Part shown: positions 56,401-64,000 of the stretch, one piece after another
How positions within the stretch are numbered: position 1 is the stretch's first letter
Layout of the letters: every line of letters starts with the position of its first letter
DNA from: Balanoglossus misakiensis
Taxonomy: Eukaryota > Animalia > Hemichordata
Assembly (NCBI GenBank): GCA_040954595.2
Contig: CM082593.2
Location: 4,419,434-4,483,433, forward strand
Reading direction: 5' to 3'
Length of the DNA stretch: 64,000 bases
Notes under the pieces: generated by a model
What the model saw: the letters and a program-made list of their open reading frames with translations, nothing else
What the model was told of the DNA's origin: nothing
Database searches by the model: none
Translations under genes and position numbers: made by a program

Positions 56401-59400
56401 GTGAAAGTCGAGAGATGGTGTTATAAACGAACGTGGTATTTTTCTTTTCCTTCCAAGGAGGGCAAGTTGTATACTCCACGGGCCTCTACTTCTCAAAATA
56501 CTGTATTAAGTTTGAAAAGTTGCAGATGGTCCCTCGTTCGGAACAATTAAGTTTACCACATATTGCTGATGAATGCAACGTCCACGGGTGAACGTCTATC
56601 TTGCGTTTGAGAAGTGGTCACGGATCTCGAATAACACTCGCGGTGTTGTGTGAGAGTCTTACCAACAAAGTGGACGTTGTCGGCGGCGAGGAAACGCCGG
56701 TTATCAGGGCGACTTTGAAGAGAAACAGCGGCATATGATGTGTTACAAGAGAGCGCTCATATCACGAGATTGTAATCCAATTGTTTAAGATGTAGATTGC
56801 ATCTAGTTAAAGTTTGACGCCCGGGACGTAATTTTGTAAAAATCTGTCGAAAACGTCGACGATGTCGCGTGACGTGTCAACGCGCTCAAAGCGAGCACAA
56901 TTTACGATGTAATCTATCGCTAGCGCCAAGTTCCGAAATGACGTTAATGAATTCTTGTAATACGCCGACGGCGTGATAAATGTTGTTTCATTTGTCTAAT
57001 CACAAGAACCTGGTATCCGCTGATTTTCCTCGATAAAACCCTAATTTTTGATGTATTGCTTTTGATGCGTCTACCATATTTTGTTGTTATTAGTAATGAC
57101 GAGGTTATGGATTCCCACATTAGCTGTGATCTTCATGAATCGCGGATGGCCCCAATCTTTGACCAGATCTGAAATCGAGAACCGAAAAATAAAACCGCAC
57201 TGAAATTTGAAATTATCGTCTCCGTTGCCGTCATTAATACATGTCAGCGGCGATCAACTTATTTCGGCATCAGTGTAAAATTAAAATCGGATACCAAAGT
57301 GACTCAAAGTGTCAGATAAGTTACTGCTTAAATCTTGAAACAACAACGCTTGGCGTAATTTGACGTGGTTTGCCGGTCAAAACATTCGTTGGATCCGTAC
57401 AATATTTTAAAAGTCCAACTTGTCAAACCGGAGCCCGATTCTTTTCCTTGAATGCGAGAGTTTTTGTTAATTCTGTCTTCTGCGTCTCTATGGCCATCTA
57501 ATCTGAAAACTCGGCTACTCGGATATTGTTGTGTTTCTTGTCTTATAATTCCATTCAAACATATGTCAACAGGGTCCAGTTGGGTCATAGGGCAGTTGGT
57601 GTCAAAGTTCACGAGATGGAAAACGTTAACATCAAAACTTTCATTAAGTCTCAACATACGTACAAACAGACAGACAGACATACAGACACACAGACACACA
57701 CACATACGCACATGTGTGTAACAAATCTATCTAGACTATATACCACTATCCCACACAGTGTAGGAAGTCAATGGTGTATGATGAATTACTTTATGACACC
57801 TTTGTTTGACAACACATTAATTAGGCCTCCCACAGCGAGGTGTATCGCCTTGGTCACCTTAACCGTCATATTTATACTGGTACTTAGTATAAGCTAAGTG
57901 TGTTTGAAAATAATATCTGCGTTGGAGGACTACCACAGCCTGTGTCTAAGGGCCAATTTCACGTTATTGATATGATGACATGATGTTCAATTTTGAAAGT
58001 CAGTGTGAAAGCCACTGTGCATGGGTTGTTGATTTATGGCCAAAAATGTATTGAGTGAAAACATTCTAATCTGCTAAAGTAAAGGGCTGGGCATGCGATA
58101 TCCATATTTTAATTAAAATTCATGAACGTTGAAACTCGTTCGACGCTGTTGCACTAAACCATGGCTTTTGAAACCACCATAAATCCAGTTGAAATATTTC
58201 TATTATGAAATAACGCGACCCTGAAATTTAATGAGAATGAGCTGCATAAATTGTCGGCACGATTTTCAAATCACCATATCTCCTCACAACGTACATTCTG
58301 AATACTAGTAGTTCTATAAAGAGAAAACGGGCAATCACATTAGTTTTAGCAATGTTTTGTTTCGTTTGGTTATATGTGAAGTTTCCATTGCTTTCGCCAT
58401 AGTCTTGCTTTAATTGGAAGTGGTTGAAATGTTGGCTGGTTCTAGGTTGTTCATTACAGTACATTTTGGGTGGAAAACTGCCATATGATTGTCAGATTAT
58501 CGAAAACTGCAAGTTTGCGGAACTTTTGGATTATCCACAACGCCACCATACTTCAACTCATGAAAAACCAAGCGGTCAAAAGCCACTCGCGTTACCTGTT
58601 GTAACGGCTGAATGGCGGTGTTTGTCCTTGGCAGACAGGTTTTTTGAGAATCTAGGACAGTTGGTGTAAAGATTTACATCCTGTGAAATCTTTACAGATC
58701 CAGCATACGCAATGTTCACTAATTGTGATCTTTCACCACCCGAAGTTATTTGTGAAGCATGTAAGGCCGATTTTAAACTACGACAGCATCCTCGTCTGAA
58801 AATATCACCTTTCATGATTTCTCTGTCTTTGTCTTGCTGACACTTTCATTTTTTTAAAACTACAGTTCAGGTATTTGTGACTGGAGACCCCACCTTTCTC
58901 AATCTTGGTCACCCAAACCGTAAACAAGTCTTTAAAACAAAGTCCCAACCGATCTCTAAGACATTCCGCGTCTGAAGATTGTCGTGACCTAAACAAGGTA
59001 TGACTTATGACACCGGGAGGACAAAAGACAACCACGATGAAAGATGGTCGACAATTGCTAATTGTCGTTGTGGGGGGAGCTGTGTTCACAGATGTTGTCA
59101 CCAATTTCACGTTGGGAAACTTTTCTCTGGTTGAAATTCAAGTGTGCGGAGACCCTGGCGCGTTCGTTATACGGTGGCTTCTTTGAAAGGTTTGCCCGGT
59201 TTCTGCGGTTGTCGCCCGTTCAGATCAGACCGTCAACATTGATCATGGTTTGACTGTGGCTTGTTTATTGCTGCCCTTAGGACCACGGGGCTATAAGGGC
59301 GGGGGAGATATGTGTTGCAAAGAAATAGGCGACGCGTGAAATATTGTCCTGTGACAGACTTCCAAAATACCACCGTGGCAAGTAACCACGGCAACAGTGA

Positions 59401-62400
59401 ATTGCTCGATTCGCGATTGTCACTGGCATTCCGCAAATTCTTGTTGAACGTATTTCGATACAAACATCTTAATCAAATCGGGTGATAATTGATTAATTAA
59501 TACGCTAATTATAAGTACTTCAGCTGATTTTTTTGGTTTGGTAGTTTGTGTATTTTTCGAGTGTTGGACATCATTCTATGAACACACAGATTGATGACAT
59601 GGCACACTCTTAATGGAATCAGCCCACTTTCAGTGAGCTATTACCGTCATGACTTTTGTCACTGTTAAAACTTTTGAGTGGAAAAAATGAAATTCGGAAC
59701 ATCCGGTTACGGAACTACTAGACTATTTAGAGAATTAGGAAGAAGGCGATAGAAAGGGGGGATTGATTTCTGTTTTTGGACCATCGATCACTTCCGAACA
59801 TCTCGGCGACTTTCAATAATTATGCACAACTTTCAGGATGACGCATGTTCTACAACTATTTGTGAAAAACCGACATGCCACATAAACATCATGATGGCGG
59901 TGGAAGTTATTGTATTGGAACTGTATCTCTATATATTATTCCCACTTTCGAGTAGACTTTGTGAAGTTTCCGCGTTCCAGAGTCACGACACATTTTTTTT
60001 TCCGGAATGTTTGGCATGAAACCACAACAATTGACATCAATGCACAGTTCTCGTATAGTCATCGGCGGAAACAACTTTGTGTCGTGAACATATATTTATT
60101 TCCCCGGAAGTCAGACTATTCTTTTCAATATCAACTCTAAATTGACCGGGATAGGAGTGACTTGACACCTGTCGTTGTTTTAGCCGCATTCGACGGATAT
60201 GCGGGCTTCGTTGCAACGGTTTTTGGTGGAAGTATCACAGCTATACGCTTAAAAAAGTACGTCATATACGGGTACATCTAAACAACGGCAGGTCTCACGA
60301 CTTGCGCGATTTCTAATACCACAAAACTATCGACAAACATATATCTTTAGAAAAAAATAACTTATTTAAAAAAATGTTTTATATTATTGAAATTAATTTT
60401 ATTAAGATTTAATACGTGTGAAATATGAAGGGGAAAAGTGAACAGGCACGAGTTGATAAAAGTGAAAGTATTGGAGTGTAAATGACATGGGACTAAACAC
60501 CGTTCCATTTCATTGACTCGTCCCATGCTTTAATATGATGAAAACTATCCTAATATAAAACACGCAATCACATGGGTCCTGTATCCCGAAGATACTTAAT
60601 TCTGTTGGTATCACTCAATAACCAGACCGCCATTCCGCTTGATGAAATTGTCCACCGTCTCCCGACCAATAAACTCGTTTCTCTTACGTGATGTATGATT
60701 TGACGATGTGTCAGTCGTTTATCAACGTTTTCCTAGTGTCACAAATCATGCTGACAGATTTTAACCACACTAATTTGCCGATATTGTTTTGACTTTGAAT
60801 GATTGGATATTGCCGAACGCCTCCCTAGAAAACTTCAATCTAGGAAAAATCGGGTTTGTGTGTATGTGCGGGGGGGGGGGGGGTACGGCATCAATTGACA
60901 AATGCCCAAGAATGTACGGGTTTGACTTTGGAAGCAATTTTACATGTATCCGCCTTGCTTCGAAACATTACAAGCACGATAAAAACACGACCACACTGCG
61001 GGTTAATTTTCAAACAGACATAATGTGACAGAAACAACACACTCCGCCGCTAATGGCATAAACTTTGAGGTTTATCGGGACCACTATCGATGTGAACTTT
61101 GATATTTGCAGTCAATTCGCCATTTTGCTGTCAATTTTCGTGCTACTTGGAGTCAACATGTCACAAACGAAGACGGTCTCCACTCTAAATTCTTCGCCAT
61201 TTAGTCGAGAAGTCGAGATGTTGTGAACTTCGGGAGGAGACTGCAGTGGCGTCGTTCTAGACATAAGCGAACAGGCGCGGTCCCGCAGAACAGGTGCAAA
61301 CAGTTCGCAGACAACGCTTTTACTCACCCAGTTAAAATATGTGAGCACGGAGACGCGGTAATCCCAGAGCTAATACCATTAGCGTTATTAAAAAGACTGC
61401 GCCACAACATTTAATAATAATAAGATTGAGGAAAATAATTTTAACACTTAGGCTAATTATCTGAGTGGGTGAAAAGACTACTATAATAGATGACACGGTG
61501 TAGAGAGAAGTGGCCGTCCCTTGGCAAACATAACGTGGAGTATTGCTATTAACCGTATCATTGTCGATGAATTGACAACACCAGCACCAGTTATTACTGA
61601 ATTGTCTGTTCGACTACCATAAAGTGAATTGAATTAACTCGCCACTGTGTTGTTCAACACACAACGACTACCTTATTTTATTGCAATTTTCATGAGACTG
61701 CGGGACCAGTGTACGAAACTGGTGCCAACTTGCCAGTCTGTATGCAAAGTATTAATCGCCTACAGATTGGGGCCGTGACTGCAGCGCGCCATTTTGGTGA
61801 GAACATTTGACCACGTTTTGCTCTTTCGCACCAATAATCGCGAGCTCGGTAATTTACTGATAATTTGTGATCAATTAATAAAATTAAATATTGGATCGCC
61901 AAACACGAGTCGATACTGCACGACTCACTAAAATAAACACACTTCATTTGTTCGATATTTGTAATTCAGAAGAAATTCTAATTAATTGATTAGCTGTTTT
62001 CCACAAAGTCGACCTCATTAAACTGAAAACATAAGGTGTCGGGGTGGTGTCTTCACCTACAAAACATATTATTTAGTAATATAAATTGAAGACTTTTTCC
62101 GTGTGAAAGCATTATATCTAGCGTATGGTAAAGTCGTCTAAACTGTCCCAAAATATAGAACTGGCTGAGTTCATTCCTAAGGACCTGACAACAAATTTCA
62201 AAAGCAATCGGACAAGATTTCTGAAACCAAAAAATAACAAAAACGCAAGCTATCACATTTCTTCCCGATTTGAATAAATCTGGCTTCGATCTCAAACAGA
62301 ATTTAAGAAAATTGGGCAAGCTGACTATGAGATTTTTGAATTGTGTTTTTTTTAAATACTAAAATGACAAGAATTGCAGATGTTTTGACAATTTGAACAA

Positions 62401-63705
62401 ACCAGACTTGGAATACCCTTAGGGAGTCGACCGACGACGATGGACAACCAGCTTATTTGATAAGCAATGCGTGGCTGACAGCGGAGCTTATCAAAGGTAT
62501 ATAACATTGATAAAGGGTGGTGTAGGGCCAACGTGCACTAAATCTTGTAATATCTGTTTTCCGTTGTTTTTCTATTATGTTTAACCGATTAAATTGATGT
62601 ACATATTGTTTACTCTTCAAAACAAACAAGGGGCTGCTTAAGTCTGAGTGTTAATCCATGTCAACCTGAAAGGGTGATCGGACAGAAATTGAGGAAAACA
62701 GCAACGCAGACAAGGGAATTAATAGAAACCCAGTAATAGATCAAAGGGAATATTTTGTCAGATATCAACGCGCGCACCAGTCAGTACAGAAGACCCGTGT
62801 TCTCGCATCGGGGAAACGTCGGTGAAATTACCAATACCTGTTCGAAGCTCGTGAAAAATAAACGATAAAAGAGATTGAGTTACAATTACATTAGAGTAGA
62901 AATCCTGCCAAAAGCGCCGACTTGAGGCAAATGGCGTGTAAGCCGAGACTTTGTTTCTTATCAAACGTGATATATGAAGAATCTGATTTGATATTCTGAA
63001 GCCACCGCCGAATACGAATCACTTTGAGGGCGCAGAAGTTAGAATTGGTTTGTGATCAACGATTAGATGAACGTCACCTGCGTTTAATAAAATCTTTTAT
63101 TTTAAGGTCGACCAAATATCAGTATCTGCATGATGACAGGGAGCACAGCTATGATTTAAATATCAACGCACGGCTCTCAACTTGTGTATTGTTGGATCAA
63201 TTAACGATCCGTAAGTATACATTTGTTTCAGTAGAAAATTTGCACGAAATGGTCCCGAAAAGATGGGCAGATTTGACTATAAAAAAAAAGTGTATCATCT
63301 TCAGTGCTGTGAATTTTTAAAGTGTATTGGATGTGGTATTACACTTGTTTCGCCTTGGGTCAACAATATCGGCAAGTCAGCTGTGTCACCAGACATGCCT
63401 ACAGAGCATTTCTTCATCGACAATGCATTAAGTGTTGTGAAATATTTAAAAGCTGGCTTTGAATTTTTGATCGCGGCCGTTTGCTGTAATTTTAGGGAGT
63501 AATATAACATAATTGCCCGCCAGCAGAAACCTTTGTACCGAGATGCCATGAAGATATTGTTGAATCACCGTATTCTCCTCAGTTGATCACTACTCATCAG
63601 CGACATTTTACTCTACCTTTACTAAATGGTGAACAAAGTTCGTATTTCTAATTACAATTGACAATTTTGGATTAGATTTAAATTTAAATCAAACTTTTTC
63701 ATTTT

Positions 63706-63751
63706 GTATATGTATGCATGCATGTATGTATCTATGTATTGTATGTATGTG
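63706..63751. repeat. Degenerate (ATGT)n microsatellite
   Basis: tgtatatgtatgcatgcatgtatgtatctatgtattgtatgtatgt. Confidence 0.7.
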
Positions 63752-64000
63752 TTACCTGTTTATTGATCTATCGATCTATCTTGCACATTGGCTCTGGCGA
63801 TTTGCTGACGATTAAGCTTAAAGATGGAAATGGTGCCAAAGTGTCATGGATGAAGGATGTAGACAGAATGGCGCAGGGAAACGCTTACACCTGCAAGCTT
63901 TCTGGCAGGTTGTCGTCGTCTTCACTCCATTGTCAATCATACAGCACAACAATCACGTCGTCAACCATGACGACAAAAGCGAAGATTAACGAACCGACAG

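Overview
This is AT-rich, intron-containing animal genomic DNA. An invertebrate deuterostome such as a hemichordate or echinoderm is a plausible source, but that is inference, not an identification. Most ORF-track entries are spurious because the real genes are spliced. I reconstructed exons by hand from GT-AG sites and phase. (1) + strand, 5380-8215: nine coding exons of a BMP type I receptor (ALK3/6, BMPR1A/B-like). The signal-peptide exon was not found, and a long AT-rich 3' UTR follows. (2) + strand, 17037-17918: a 293-aa single-coding-exon orphan ORF. It has an N-myristoylation motif, a coiled coil and a DSGIGET degron-like motif, and six RFX X-box-like sites surround it. (3) 19198-22937: two adjacent, internally deleted LTR-retrotransposon remnants (LTR, PBS, start of a gag-like ORF, partial 3' LTR). 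(4) - strand, about 47577 to 26702: a Pax2/5/8 gene with about 10 coding exons and about 496 aa (paired domain, octapeptide YSINGILG, partial homeodomain, transactivation domain). It has an apparently divergent C-terminus and several candidate alternative 5' exons. About 16 kb of non-coding, probably regulatory DNA lies upstream of it. There is no sign of CRISPR, rRNA or tRNA genes. The most novel candidate is the orphan myristoylated, possibly RFX-regulated gene between the two developmental genes.
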